From positions 3,534,001 through 3,598,000 of the forward strand of contig OX597840.1 of the NCBI GenBank assembly GCA_951406725.2: 64,000 nucleotides of DNA. Reading direction: 5' to 3'. Positions 28,754 to 41,950 of the stretch are shown here, piece after piece. Within the stretch, counting starts at the first letter, position 1; the number at the start of each line of letters is the position of its first letter. A program made the translations under genes and the position numbers. This stretch comes from Octopus vulgaris (lineage: Eukaryota). A model generated the notes under the pieces. The model saw only the letters and a program-made list of their open reading frames with translations. It did no database searches and was not told the DNA's origin.

Positions 28754-28830
<77 letters not shown>

Positions 28831-28840
28831 TTAATAATAA

Positions 28841-28898
<58 letters not shown>

Positions 28899-29100
28899 AA
28901 TAATGATGATGATGATGATGATGATGATGATAATAATAATAATAATAGTAATCCTTTCTACTGAAGGCACAAAACTTGAAATGTGGGGGAATTTCAACTC
29001 AGAACGTAGCGACAGACGAAATAGTGCTAAGTATTTCGCCCGGCCTGGTAAAGATTCTTCCAGCTCACCGCCCTCAATAATAATAAAAATAATAATAATG

Positions 29101-29191
<91 letters not shown>

Positions 29192-29241
29192 CAATAATAA
29201 TAATAACAATAATAATAATAACAACAACAACAACAATAATA

Positions 29242-29303
<62 letters not shown>

Positions 29304-29393
29304 CTTTTCTACAAAAAGGCACAAATCCGAAATCTTGGGTGATTGGCACAATATCCAAAATAATCTTTTCTATAATAGGCAAATCTGAAATTT

Positions 29394-29460
<67 letters not shown>

Positions 29461-29470
29461 TAATAACAAT
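28195..29470. repeat. ~1.2-kb (AAT)n array with variant units, interrupted by SINE A pieces
   Basis: Directly visible; SINE A fragment on the minus strand at about 28950-29072. Confidence 0.95.
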
Positions 29471-29944
29471 GGCGACAACAACAGATTCAAGATGTTCGTT
29501 CTAGCCAGCAGACAAAAAAAAAGTCATCATGTAAATATAGCAATTTTGTTGCAGAGTATATGTTCCGTGTGGGATGAAATACGTAAGTGGGGTATATTCG
29601 GGGTACGGTGTTGATCCATATGTGCCGTCACCACTTTCCAACACCACCACCCCCAGCACCACCGCCAGCACCACCTCAGCAGTTACATAATGGCGTTTAG
29701 AGATCTGGCTTGAAGACTCAGGTGATGAGAGATGTTTAAGAAGGAAGAACGTAGGACGGCAAATAAGAAAAGAGCAATAACAATAACAACGACAACAACA
29801 ACATCAACAACAGCAATAACCACAACAGCAGCAACAAGAAGATGTTGATGCTGAAAAAGAAAAAGATAGACAAACAAGAGAATCATGAATGCGGAAGCCA
29901 GAGAGGATGCGAATAAGAAATAAATGCGTATACATATATATATA

Positions 29945-29989
<45 letters not shown>

Positions 29990-30189
29990 GAATAAATAAA
30001 TAAATAAATAAAGCAAGACATGACGAATTTTCAAGAAATATTAAAAAACATACTGAAGTTTAAACACTATGCATACATAAATACATGTACACTACATACA
30101 TACATACATACATACATACATACATACATACATACATACATACGTACATACATTCATACATACATACATGCATACATACATACGTGCAT

Positions 30190-30221
<32 letters not shown>

Positions 30222-30496
30222 GTATACATCTTATATGTGTCTATTGAAATAGTGATACATATAGATATAATTACAGATATTTATATATGTATATAGTTGT
30301 ATATATCTTACGTATGTATGCGTGTATTAATTTGCATACGTATATACGTCTATATGTATATATATATATATATATATATAATATAATATAATATATATAC
30401 ATATATATACACACATGTTTAAACATATATATATATTCAGACGCGCATATTTACATATCTACGTATGCTATATAGCTACACATCTATATTAGTATT

Positions 30497-30551
<55 letters not shown>

Positions 30552-31009
30552 AGAGAGAGCGGTGGAAGCATATGTGTGTGTGTGTGTATACAAACATAGA
30601 AGGTAGATGAGAGAGATACACAGTGTAGAGTGTTAAAATATAATATTGTTTAGCAAAATGTCTGAGGCAGCCAACGCTTAGAACTAATTAATTCAAGGCG
30701 AACCAATTTGAAATATTTGGCAGAGAAGAAGTTCTTGAAAAACACATTAGCATATAAACACATATATTCTTCAATTTCTCAATACATAGTCATGTCTATA
30801 TATGTAAATCTGTGTGTCTGTATTTGCATATGCACACATAAGATTATTCATATATATGTAATACATACACACACATATATATATATGAGTGTGTGTCTGT
30901 GTATGTATATAAATACATTTGGACATCATATGTTTTATATATACGTATGTGTACTTGCATCTTTATATATGTTTGTGAGTGTACTTATTAATCTATCTAT
31001 CTATATATT

Positions 31010-31385
31010 TTTTGCTTCGATTGTTTTATTAATTTGACTGCGGCCATGCTGGATCACCACCTTTAGGGGAACAAATCGAACTCAGGACTTATTCAATGTA
31101 AGCCTAGTATTTATTCCATCGATGCCTTTTGCTTAACAGCTAAGTTATGGTGACGTAAAAAAACCAATATCAGAGTGAACCGATAGTGGAGGACAAAGAC
31201 ATTTACAAATACATATATATATATATATATATACGGTGGTCTTCTTTCTGTTTCCGTCAACCAAATCAACTCTCAAGGCTTTGGTTGGACCGAGGATATA
31301 GTAGAAGACATTTGCCCAAGGAACCAACCAGTGAGAGTGAGCCCGGAACCATGTGGTTGGTAAGCAAGCTACTTACCACACGGCA
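31010..31385 (-). mobile_element. SINE B, near full length, diverged
   Basis: TTTGACTGCGGCCATGCTGG..TTTGCCCAAGG..CCCGGAACCATGTGGTTGGTAAGCAAGCTACTTACCACAC. Confidence 0.85.
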
Positions 31386-31418
31386 TTTTTAAATGCGTCT
31401 TTATACATATGTACATAA

Positions 31419-31500
<82 letters not shown>

Positions 31501-31520
31501 TATATGTGTGTGTGTGTGTG

Positions 31521-31555
<35 letters not shown>

Positions 31556-31582
31556 GTATATATATATGTATATATATATATG

Positions 31583-31677
<95 letters not shown>

Positions 31678-31754
31678 CGGGAAGGTTTACGAAAATAAAC
31701 AAAAGACGAAGGCAGGTGGAGTACAAACAAATAAATGTATTAGTATGGCTTCTT

Positions 31755-31890
31755 TAAGTTTGTCTTCGGTATCCACGCACGAGGACTTTGTGGGCCCACG
31801 GCTGTAGTAGAAAACACTTGCGTAAATTGCCATGCAATGGGACTGAACGCGGAAGCATGTTTTTGGGAAGCAAGCTTCTTACCACACCAC
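31755..31890 (-). mobile_element. SINE B 5' fragment
   Basis: GGGACTGAAC..GGGAAGCAAGCTTCTTACCACAC. Confidence 0.7.
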
Positions 31891-31969
31891 CTGGCAAACC
31901 GTAGATTACGATGACTAATATTTTTTCAGTCGAGCCAATCAATGGAACATCCTGCAATTGGAGTTAATA

Positions 31970-32033
<64 letters not shown>

Positions 32034-32038
<5 letters not shown>

Positions 32039-32373
32039 GTAAAATGATATGTGACAATTATTCGGTAGCCAAGATAAAACTTTGTGCTTCGGATGCCGAG
32101 GTGGAAATCCACACCACCACCTCTTCGGCTATCTGGCCATCTCTTTTAAAATCGAAATTTTCCAAGCCTTCGATCTTGGAAGTGAATGTTTTAGATTTTA
32201 TACGAGTGAAAGATAACCGAAGAGATGGTGTTGTGGATTTCCACTTCGGCATCCGAAACTCAGAGTTTTATCTTGGCTACTGAATAATTGTCACGTATTA
32301 TTTTACAGATAAATTTCCTCTATTTACATAATATTGAGGTCTCTTTCTTTCTTTTGTTATCTTACCGTTTTTA

Positions 32374-32377
<4 letters not shown>
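32034..32377 (+). mobile_element. Family G: (TA)n-embedded element with 101-bp inverted arms, resembling an inverted PLE pseudo-LTR
   Basis: Arms 32034-32134 and 32211-32311 (10 mismatches by eye); the 3' tail TGAGGT..TTTCTTTCTTTTGTTATCTTACCGTTTT recurs at 56862-56903. Confidence 0.8.
32210..32274 (+). ncRNA. Type I hammerhead-ribozyme-like motif with CCGAAGA core
   Basis: Stem I AAGATAA/TTATCTT; core CCGAAGA; stem II GATG..TGGA-TT-TCCA..CATC; GAAA; stem III ACTC-A-GAGT; predicted cleavage after GUU at 32267. Confidence 0.7.
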
Positions 32378-32442
<65 letters not shown>

Positions 32443-32458
32443 ACAAATTAATAAATAA

Positions 32459-32923
32459 AACATATGCATATATACATACATATATGTACGTACCTACATC
32501 TACTTGTATATATACATGCATATATGGGTACAGGACACCAAGAAAAATGTCGAACACAATGAGAAACGAAAACATAAACACAAAACCAAGGAAATGGACA
32601 TTTTTCTTAAACAACGAAAAAATAGAGTACAAGATATATAACACAAGGAAAATTCCCCTTCTTCAGCCGCCTCTGTTTCATCTACTCCGCGTTTCGAAGG
32701 TAAAGGCGAGACACAACTTCCTTGAAACATTATTTCCCACAAAAAGCAAATTAAATAAAATTTGAGATTTTTTTTAGCGGAGGGGTAAAAATGGTAACAA
32801 AAACAGGACAGTAACGACAGTACAAAATATAAACAGTAAAAGACAGGTCAAGGAGAATAACAGTAAGACAGGACGAAAGGAAAAATATTTTGAATGCTTT
32901 TTGAGGACGGCAAGAGAGAGACA

Positions 32924-32926
<3 letters not shown>
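32459..32926. mobile_element. Unclassified non-coding repeat family H in (TA)n
   Basis: Terminus ATACATACATATATGTACGTACCTAC..CAGGA.ACCAA recurs inverted at 58222-58298. Confidence 0.65.
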
Positions 32927-32986
<60 letters not shown>

Positions 32987-33062
32987 AGACATAGACATGC
33001 ACACACATCTATGCGCATGTGAACATCCAGGTATGTCTGAGTGTATATCCAGGTATGTCTTA

Positions 33063-33293
33063 GGCGGCGAGCTGGCAGAATCGTTAGCACGCCGGGCGAA
33101 ATGCGTAGCCGTATTTCGTCTGTCGTTACGTTGTGAGTTCAAATTCCGCCGAGGTGGACTTTGCCTTTCATCCTTTCGGGGTCGATAAATTAAGTGCCAG
33201 TTACGCACTGGAGTCGATGTAATCGACTTAATACCTATGTCTGTCCTTCTTTGTCCCCTCTGTGTTTAGCCCCTTGTGGGTAATAAAGAAATA
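33063..33293 (+). mobile_element. Full-length young SINE A (tRNA-like head, Meta-domain-like centre)
   Basis: A box CTGGCAGAATCG, B box GAGTTCAAATTCC, centre GCCTTTCATCCTTTCGGGGTCGATAAATTAAGT; TSD AGGTATGTCT at 33051-33060 and 33293-33302. The Meta-domain assignment is from memory. Confidence 0.92.
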
Positions 33294-33993
33294 GGTATGT
33301 CTGAGTGTGTATGACTTTCTTAAAATCCCTACCGCGATGTTCTCTATGCAGTGACGTAGATTCATACTAACATACGCGTATGCATACGTTACTCATATTC
33401 CACTACAAACCATGGACGTTACGACGCCCTTTATTATACATCTATGCACGTATGTATATATGTACGTATATTCATGTAACGTGTATATGTATATATATAT
33501 ATATGAGCGTATGAGTGTGTATATGTATCTATGTAAGAGTTGTATTTCTGCATGTATGTATGCTGTATATTTATTTTTGTATGTGCATGTGTTCGGATGT
33601 ACACTGTTGCACAATATTGCCTTCAACCACGTTATAAATTGTGCAATTGATATTTATTTGCTGCACATTTGCTAATTATAAAGCTAAAATGAAATTAATC
33701 CAGTTGCATATTTGTGTGCTTGTATACACACACACACTCACACACACACACTCACACACACACGTATATACATATAATTATAGACATGTCTACCGTATGT
33801 TTGTAACTTTATATGCACATATATATGCTCGCATACGGATTTTGTATATGTGTGTGTGAGTGTACGTACGTGCTTCTGTATATACATATATACATATATA
33901 TATGTATAACTATATATACACCTGTATGTATATGTATATACATGTATATGATTGTATATTATGTATGCATGCAAATGTATGCATATATGTATA

Positions 33994-34062
<69 letters not shown>

Positions 34063-34738
34063 TTACACATATATACCCACACACACATATGTGCGTGTCT
34101 GTGGTCGTTCATGTGTATATTAGTATTTCAGTGTATGTATGTGTACTTGTGTGTACGTGACTATGTTATTGTATACATTTCTATCGCTGTAAATACTATT
34201 TATATTTATATATATGCATGCACCTTTAGGTGGATTTGTGTGTATGTCTATGCGTGCGTATATAAATTGTTTATCTCGCTATTTCACGCTGCCCAACAGG
34301 ACAATGTGTAATTACCTTCCGTATTCCTCTTCATTTATTCCGCCTCATATCTCCGCTCCCAACCGTGCTCTTCATTCTGCGTTATGGCCGCCATATTATT
34401 TTAATATGGCTTTACCATTGTTGTTATTGTTGTTGTTGTTGTGGTGGTGGTAGTGGTGTAGTGTTGGTGGTGATCGTGGTGGTGTTTGTAGGTGGTAGTG
34501 GTAGTAACGGTGCTGATGGTTGTTGTATATGGTGGTGGTGGTGATAGTGGTATGGTGGTATTTGTAGGTGTTGGTGGTAGTGGTGATGTTTTTGCTGGTT
34601 CTGGTGCCGATGGTGTAGTAGTGGTGTAGTGGTGTTGGTAGTGGTGTTGGTGCCGGTGGTGTAGTGGTGGTGGTGGTGGTGGTGGTGATAGTGCAGTGGT
34701 GATAGTGCAGTGGTGATGGTGGTGGTGTAGAGGTGCTG

Positions 34739-34772
<34 letters not shown>

Positions 34773-35109
34773 GGTATTGATAGTAATGGTGACTGTGTTG
34801 GTGTTGATGAGGACGGGTTAATAGTGATGCTGGGGCAGTTCTACGTCTACTGGTGATATTGATGCTGTTGATGATGACGACGATTTCATTTTTGTCGTTA
34901 TAGTTGGAGGTGGTGGTGGTGGTAGTGGTGGTGGTGGTGGTGGTGGTGCTGCTGCTGCTGCTGCTGTTGTTGTTGTGACTGTTGATTTTAATCGATTAAT
35001 TTCATGATCATCAACCTCATTATCCTCATTGTTGTCGTTGCCGCCACCGCGTTTCTGCCGTCACCGCCGTCTTCTCTTCCCCTCTTCTCTTCCGCCATAA
35101 TGATAATGG

Positions 35110-35148
<39 letters not shown>

Positions 35149-35390
35149 GTAGCAGCAGCATCACAACTGTGACCACTATTAGCTGCAGCAGCCACAGCAG
35201 CAGCAACGAAGCTAATACTGTTCATTTATCAACATCATCCTCGTTGTCATCATCATGATCATTATCATCGTCGTCAGTGTCGTCATTGTCATCATTATCA
35301 TTATAATCATCACCATGATCATCATCATCATTGGTTTTAACATTTAGAGGAAAGGCAGGGGTGAACATTTCTTCGTGAATCACAGGTACA

Positions 35391-35765
35391 GAAAATATTC
35401 AACAGGCGCTCATAACCAGAAAGAAAAGCTGCATTGTGCTATGTGAAGACAACTTCAAAAATCGCTATACTGACCGCATATCTTTCTTCTAGCACAAGGA
35501 CAAAAGTAAAACTACAACATTAATTAGACGCGCATGGAGTGTGAAGTCTAATGCCACACCACACACTAACAAGTGCAAAATAGCTGAAAAGTCCAAACAA
35601 TATGCCCATGGATGAAAAACATGCATATCTGAAATTTTACAGACCCTTTCCAAATTTAAGAAGTCTACTTCACTGCTAAATTTCAGATCTGAAATGTTCA
35701 ACGGATGTAAACATAGAGATAAGTTCCCGTTGGCGAATTGCAAAATACTACACTCTCCAGATTGA
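35391..35765 (+). pseudogene. Penelope-like element GIY-YIG endonuclease domain, one frame with 2 internal stops
   Basis: CIVLCEDNFKNRYTDRISFF*HKDKSKTTTLIRRAWSVKS..KCKIAEK..KTCISE..LLNFRSEMFNGCKHRDKF matches the PLE pattern YIG..FK.RY..H..SF..LS..W..C..E..LLN.RSE...CRH..KF. Confidence 0.85.
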
Positions 35766-35979
35766 GCAACTGTACCGGAGATTCTAGACTCCTATCCATT
35801 CAGCCTTTTCACTTTACTGTCAAAGAGGACATAACTCTAATCCTTTCTCTTTTTACTTTTTTCTGTTTTGTTTTCCGGTATTTTCAACCTTCCACCTTTT
35901 ACATCTACATTCTATAAGCCTTTTCTCGTATTCTCTCTTATTCTATCGCCCTGTTTCAGCATTTTATACCACGTGGGCA

Positions 35980-36062
35980 GAGCCTGAGAATTGTGTGAAG
36001 GTGCCAGGTGTGTTATAAAGGCTGTCTGGGTTGATTTCATCACGTGAATCTATTAGCCGCTC
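35980..36062 (+). ncRNA. Degenerate hammerhead-like motif in the PLE 3' pseudo-LTR
   Basis: Stem I GAGC/GCTC; core CTGAGAA; long stem II (GTGTGAAG..CCAG/CTGG..TTTCATCAC); GAAT; stem III CTA-T-TAG; followed by (TA)n at about 36090. Confidence 0.55.
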
Positions 36063-36087
36063 ATAAAAATATAAACTGTATTTATTG

Positions 36088-36126
<39 letters not shown>

Positions 36127-36136
36127 TTTATATTTT

Positions 36137-37005
36137 ATGTTTTACTTGTTTCAGTTATTAGACTACGGTCATGCTGGGGCAACACCTTGACGTGTATTTT
36201 CAGTCGAAAAAAGTCTATCTCAGAATTTATTCTTTTTTAAGCTCGGTCCTTAAACTGCTATCAGTTTCTTATTTCTTTATTACCCACAAGGGGCTAAACA
36301 TAGAGGGGCCAAACAAGGACAGATATAGGGATTAAGTCGATTACATCGACCCCAGTTTAACTGGTACTTAATTTATCGACCCCGAAAGGATGAAAGGCAA
36401 ATTCAACCTCAGCAGAATTTGAACTCAGAACGTAGCGGCAGACGAAATACCTATTTCTTTATTACCCACAAGGGGCTAAACATAGAAGGGACAAACAAGG
36501 ACAGACAGACAGATTAAGTCGATTACATCGACCCCAGTGCGTAACTTGTACTTAATTTATCGACCCCGAAAAGATAAAAGGCAAAGTCGACCTCAGCAGA
36601 ATTTGAACTCAGAACGTAGCGGCAGACGAAATACCTATTTCTTTATTACCCACAAGGGGCTAAACATAGAGGGGACAAACAAGGACAGACATAGGTATTA
36701 AGTCGATTACATCGACCCCAGTGCGTAACTTGTACTTAATTTATCGAGCCCGAAAGGATAAAAGGCAAAGTCGACCTCGGCGGAATTTGAACTCAGAACG
36801 TAGCGGCAGACGAAATACCGCTAAGCATGTCGCCCGGCGTGCTAACGTTTCTGCCAGGATTCGATCAGTTTCTGTTTACCAAATCCACTCACCAGGCTTT
36901 GGTCAACCCAAGGCTATACTAGAAGAGACTTGCCTATGTTTCCAGACAGTGGTACAGAATCCGGAACCCTGTGGTTGGGAAGCAAGCTTCTTACAAAACA
37001 ACCAA
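36137..37005 (-). mobile_element. Old SINE B interrupted by a SINE A trimer
   Basis: B tail at 36137-36260 and B head at 36864-37005. Confidence 0.7.
36270..36857 (-). mobile_element. SINE family A head-to-tail trimer
   Basis: Junctions GACGAAATAC|CTATTTC at 36450/36451 and 36634/36635; candidate TSD ATCAGTTTCT at 36260-36269 and 36864-36873. Confidence 0.9.
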
Positions 37006-37095
37006 GCCTGAGTTTGATTGGTACGTCCATCTAAATGCGATAAAAGTGTTTGAATGAGAATCATAATTTTCCAGAGTACCACGCAATGGCCCAGT

Positions 37096-37472
37096 GGCGC
37101 AATGGCCCAGTGGTTAGGGTAGCGAACTCGCGGTCATAGGATCGCGGTTTCGATTCCCAGACCGGGCGTTGTGAGTGTTTATTGAGCGAAAACACCTAAA
37201 GCTCCACGAGGCTCCGGCAGGGGGTGGTGGTGATCCCTGCTGTACTCTTTCGCCACAACTTTCTCTCACTCTTATTTCCTGTTTCTGTTGTACCTGTATT
37301 TTCAAAGGGCCGGCCTTGTCATTCTCTGTGTCACGCTGAATATCCCCGAGAACTACGTTAAGGGTACACGTGTCCGTGGAGTGCTCAGCCACTTACACGT
37401 TAATTTCACGAGAAGGCTGTTCCGTTGATTCGGATCAACCGGAACCCTCGTCGTCGTAACCGACGGAGTGCT
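37096..37472 (+). mobile_element. Full-length tRNA-derived SINE family D1
   Basis: A box TGGCCCAGTGG, B box GGTTTCGATTCC; TSD ACCACGCAA at 37078-37086 and 37481-37489; the first 15 nt of the head are duplicated. Confidence 0.88.
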
Positions 37473-37854
37473 TGAGAAAAACCACGCAACAGAAATGAAC
37501 CAGTGATTGCGAAGCAAACATCTTAACTGCTGCTTTGCCTGTGAATATAAATAACCTTAAGTTTCTTTTGAATTTATTTTGGCAATCAGATCTTTACTGC
37601 TTGATTCACACAGCTTCTTCTGTTATATCTTCCGCTCTTCTTGTTCAATAGATATTAATTTATATTTCTGCTGTTCACCTTTCATAGTATATTTATTAAT
37701 CTTCGACCATTTTGCCGCCATCTTTTTTCCCCCTTCCTCTGAATGGCTGCTGTCGTGACTGACTTCATAGACTGATATTTCTAAATTTAGTATTCCTATT
37801 TCCATGACGACCTAGCGCATCCTTCTACCTACCTACCTACGTATACATACACTC

Positions 37855-38170
37855 ATACATACATACATACATACATACATACATACATACATACATACAT
37901 ACATACATACATACATACATACATACATACATACATACATACATACATACATACATGCATACATACATACATACATACATACATACATACATACATACAT
38001 ACATACATACATACATACATACATACATACATACATACATACATACATACATACATACATACATACATACATACATACATGCATACATACATGCATGCAT
38101 GCATACATACATACATACATACATGCATGCATATATACATACATACATACATACATACATACATACATGC
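37855..38170. repeat. (TACA)n array
   Basis: Directly visible. Confidence 0.95.
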
Positions 38171-38398
38171 ATGTACTTATATACATAAATATATTCATAG
38201 CTTATGTAGGTAGGTATGTATCCACACGTATATGTGTATATATGCATGTACGTATATACATAAATATATAAGTATATATATATTTATACAGGATATATAT
38301 ACGTTTATATACATAAGTATATATATTTGTATATATATATATATATATATACATATATATTTATATATATATATATATATACATATATAAATGTGTGC

Positions 38399-38430
<32 letters not shown>

Positions 38431-38939
38431 GTACACACGTGCGCACACACACACACACATATAGATGTGTATACAGTTATACATAAGATCATATATATAT
38501 ACATATAATGATATATATTTATAAAACTACATTTCATTGTACATGTGTGCGTGTGAGAATGTGTTCGTAAGTTTGAGCCTGTGTGTGCGTCTATGTATGC
38601 ATAAGTTAGTGTGCGTGCGTGTGTGTGTGTGTGTGTGTGTAAATATGTATATGTGTGTGTGTGTGCCGTATATGTCATTGTCTTCCTTGATAAATATAGT
38701 CCATCAACGTGTGCCGTTGGCTAATGCACTTTAAATTTCTATAATTAGCTTACGTTTTTGCATTCACCATTTTTTTTGTCTTTTCCTTTTTTCCTCCCCG
38801 TTTTTATTGTTTTCTTTTTGCTCTTATTCTGATCTGAATGTCTGTGTGTCTTGGAGGTGAGTACATTCCTTGGTATTCTTCAGTGTAATCTCATCAATCC
38901 CCATTCCTTCCCTTTGACTTATTATATTAAAAATTGCTC

Positions 38940-38971
<32 letters not shown>

Positions 38972-39521
38972 CATGTGTGTATGTATGCGTGTGTAGACAT
39001 ATATACGTACATATATATATGTGTGTGTGTTGACATGTATGCATTCGTGAGTCTGTGTGTGTTTCCCTAATGTATTATTGGCACAACTAGTGGATTTATA
39101 CCTATAGATTTCTTTCCGGCTATTCACGGCTATTCATTCCGGCTTCTACACAGGCCTAATACGGCCAAGCCAAAATACATCTTTCTTTCTCGTCCTTCCT
39201 TCTTTTGTCATATCCTTCGCTGTCTTACATTTGTTTTGCAGTCTGTTGTTTTGGTACATTCTTTAATTTAGTTTTGATCTAATTCTGTCTCATCTTCTGT
39301 CTTTGTCATAACCTAATATTATACCTTCAAGTGGAATTTTCTAATTTCGAAACGATTTTATCACATTTAGCTAGACCTGCCAGAAACACACCACAACGCG
39401 CGCGCGCGTGCACCCACATACACACTCACCTTCACGCTCAAATACATATATAACTATATAAACACATATACATATGCATGCAGATAGATAGATAGACAGA
39501 CAGACAGATAGACAGATAGAC

Positions 39522-39601
<80 letters not shown>

Positions 39602-39764
39602 TGATTGATTGATTGACTGATTGATTGATATATATAGGTATGTATATACATATGTATGTGTGTATATGTATTCATACATGCTTACCTATATGGTGGTGGG
39701 TTATTGGTAAGTCTAACTGAATATTATATAGATGTACTCATGCATACATACATATATACGTATG

Positions 39765-39813
<49 letters not shown>

Positions 39814-39874
39814 CGGCTTGCCTCGTACATATTTTTTGTTCATATATTAACGTCTAGTCTCCTAGGTCTCATAG

Positions 39875-40975
39875 ACCCTGTTACTCGATTAACATGGTGT
39901 ATTAGTGATCGAGATCATACACTCTTCCTGAATAGGGCGCCTGTCCATCTTCCCTATTAACTTCCCTATTATTACTGGAACTCATCGCTTACAGCTGAGC
40001 GACCTTTGAGCAATGCGAAATGAAGGGATTTGCTCAGAAAAGACAAGGTACTCCTCTGTCCGGGAATTGAAATAACGAACTAGCGATCGAAGACATGCAA
40101 CGCACCAACCATTATGGCATCTGCCTAAATTGGGCCTATTCAACAGTAAGGAGGATGAGGCGGGTTCCCTGGTTTCTCTGCCGTGTATATTTCTCCGTAA
40201 GGAAGTTTTGTCTAATGAAAAGTTTAATAAAAGGTGGGTGAGTGTACCAAAGATGGTGCGCATGAATGACGGACCCACTTTGAGTATAAACCTATAAAAC
40301 AAAAGAAAAAGGTCGCTTTGCTCTCATGGTCTTTTCGGTGGGTTTTTTCGTAGGTTTCTCTTTCCACAGATAACTTTAGTCAGTGTTATATGTTCTCCCT
40401 CTTTTGTGAATTTCTGTTATTAAAAACAGTACCTTATCTTTTTGTTGCCACGCCCCAAAACATTTTCGATCCCTATTGATCGGTTTTGGAAAGAAAAATC
40501 CTACATTGTATTGTCTTCTCTGTGTTCGACCTTGCTTGGTTTACTAAAGAAATCTATACTCCTCCCTGGATGGCTCATTTTTACCAGGTGAGTGAACACA
40601 AGCGACGTGAAATGAAGTGTTTTGCTCAAGAACACAAAGCATCGCTCGATCAAGGAATCGAAACCACAAATTTATGATCATGAGTTCAACACCCTATCCA
40701 CTAAGCCATGCACCTCCACAAAACTTATTGATTGCTTAGTCCACATTACCCCACAGGGAGCTAAGGACCAATTTCCTGGTTTCTCTGGCATATATCTTCT
40801 TCTCTGGATGAGACGCTGATCCGTCGCAGGATTTCTCCTTTTAACCAGCTGAGTGCACTGCAGCAACATGAAGTGAAGTGTCTTGCTTAAGAACGCAATG
40901 GATAACTCGATCCAGAAATTAAAACCCAAATCATACGATCATGAGCACAACACGCTTGCAACTAAGCCATGCTTA
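39875..40975 (-). mobile_element. Cluster of about three old SINE fragments related to family D2
   Basis: Repeated CAGCTGAG..GCAA..TGAA(A/G)TGAAG..TTGCTCAAGAAC..GGAATCGAAACC at about 39990, 40585 and 40845. Confidence 0.65.
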
Positions 40976-40993
40976 AATATGAAGCCATATTAA

Positions 40994-41369
40994 TGGCGGT
41001 AGATTGGCAGAACCATTAATCATGGCGATTTTTTTCTGGCACATATTTTTCTGGTGTCAAATCCCGCCGAAGTGGATTTTGCATCTTGCTTCTACAAGGA
41101 GGATTAAGTACCTTTTGTGTTCTGCAATCAGTGTAATCGACTGATCCCTCCCCTCAAATTGCGAGGCTTTCTACCATAGGCACAAATCCGGATATTTTGG
41201 AAGCGGAGCAAGTCGATTTATATTGAGCCCTGTACACAACTCATTTCATTGACCCTTACAGAATATAAAGCAAATTCAACCTTGGCGAAATTCGAACCCA
41301 GAACGTAGGAAACGAAACGCCGCTAAGAATTTTACCAAGCGTGCTCACTATTCTGCCACCTCGCCGCCT
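40994..41369. mobile_element. Two old SINE A copies tail-to-tail (+ then -)
   Basis: GGCGGTAGATTGGCAGAA.. at 40994 and ..TTCTGCCACCTCGCCGCC at 41369. Confidence 0.7.
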
Positions 41370-41409
41370 TCTACTATTTTTAATATTACCATCATTATAT
41401 TTTGTACAA

Positions 41410-41950
<541 letters not shown>

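Noticed and set aside
32058-32252. 64-aa ORF of normal-looking composition
   Set aside because: Lies within the family G inverted repeat, which is better explained as structured RNA
37096-37165. tRNA gene
   Set aside because: A and B boxes are present, but the sequence continues into a SINE body flanked by a TSD; same for the heads at 33063, 57412 and 18161
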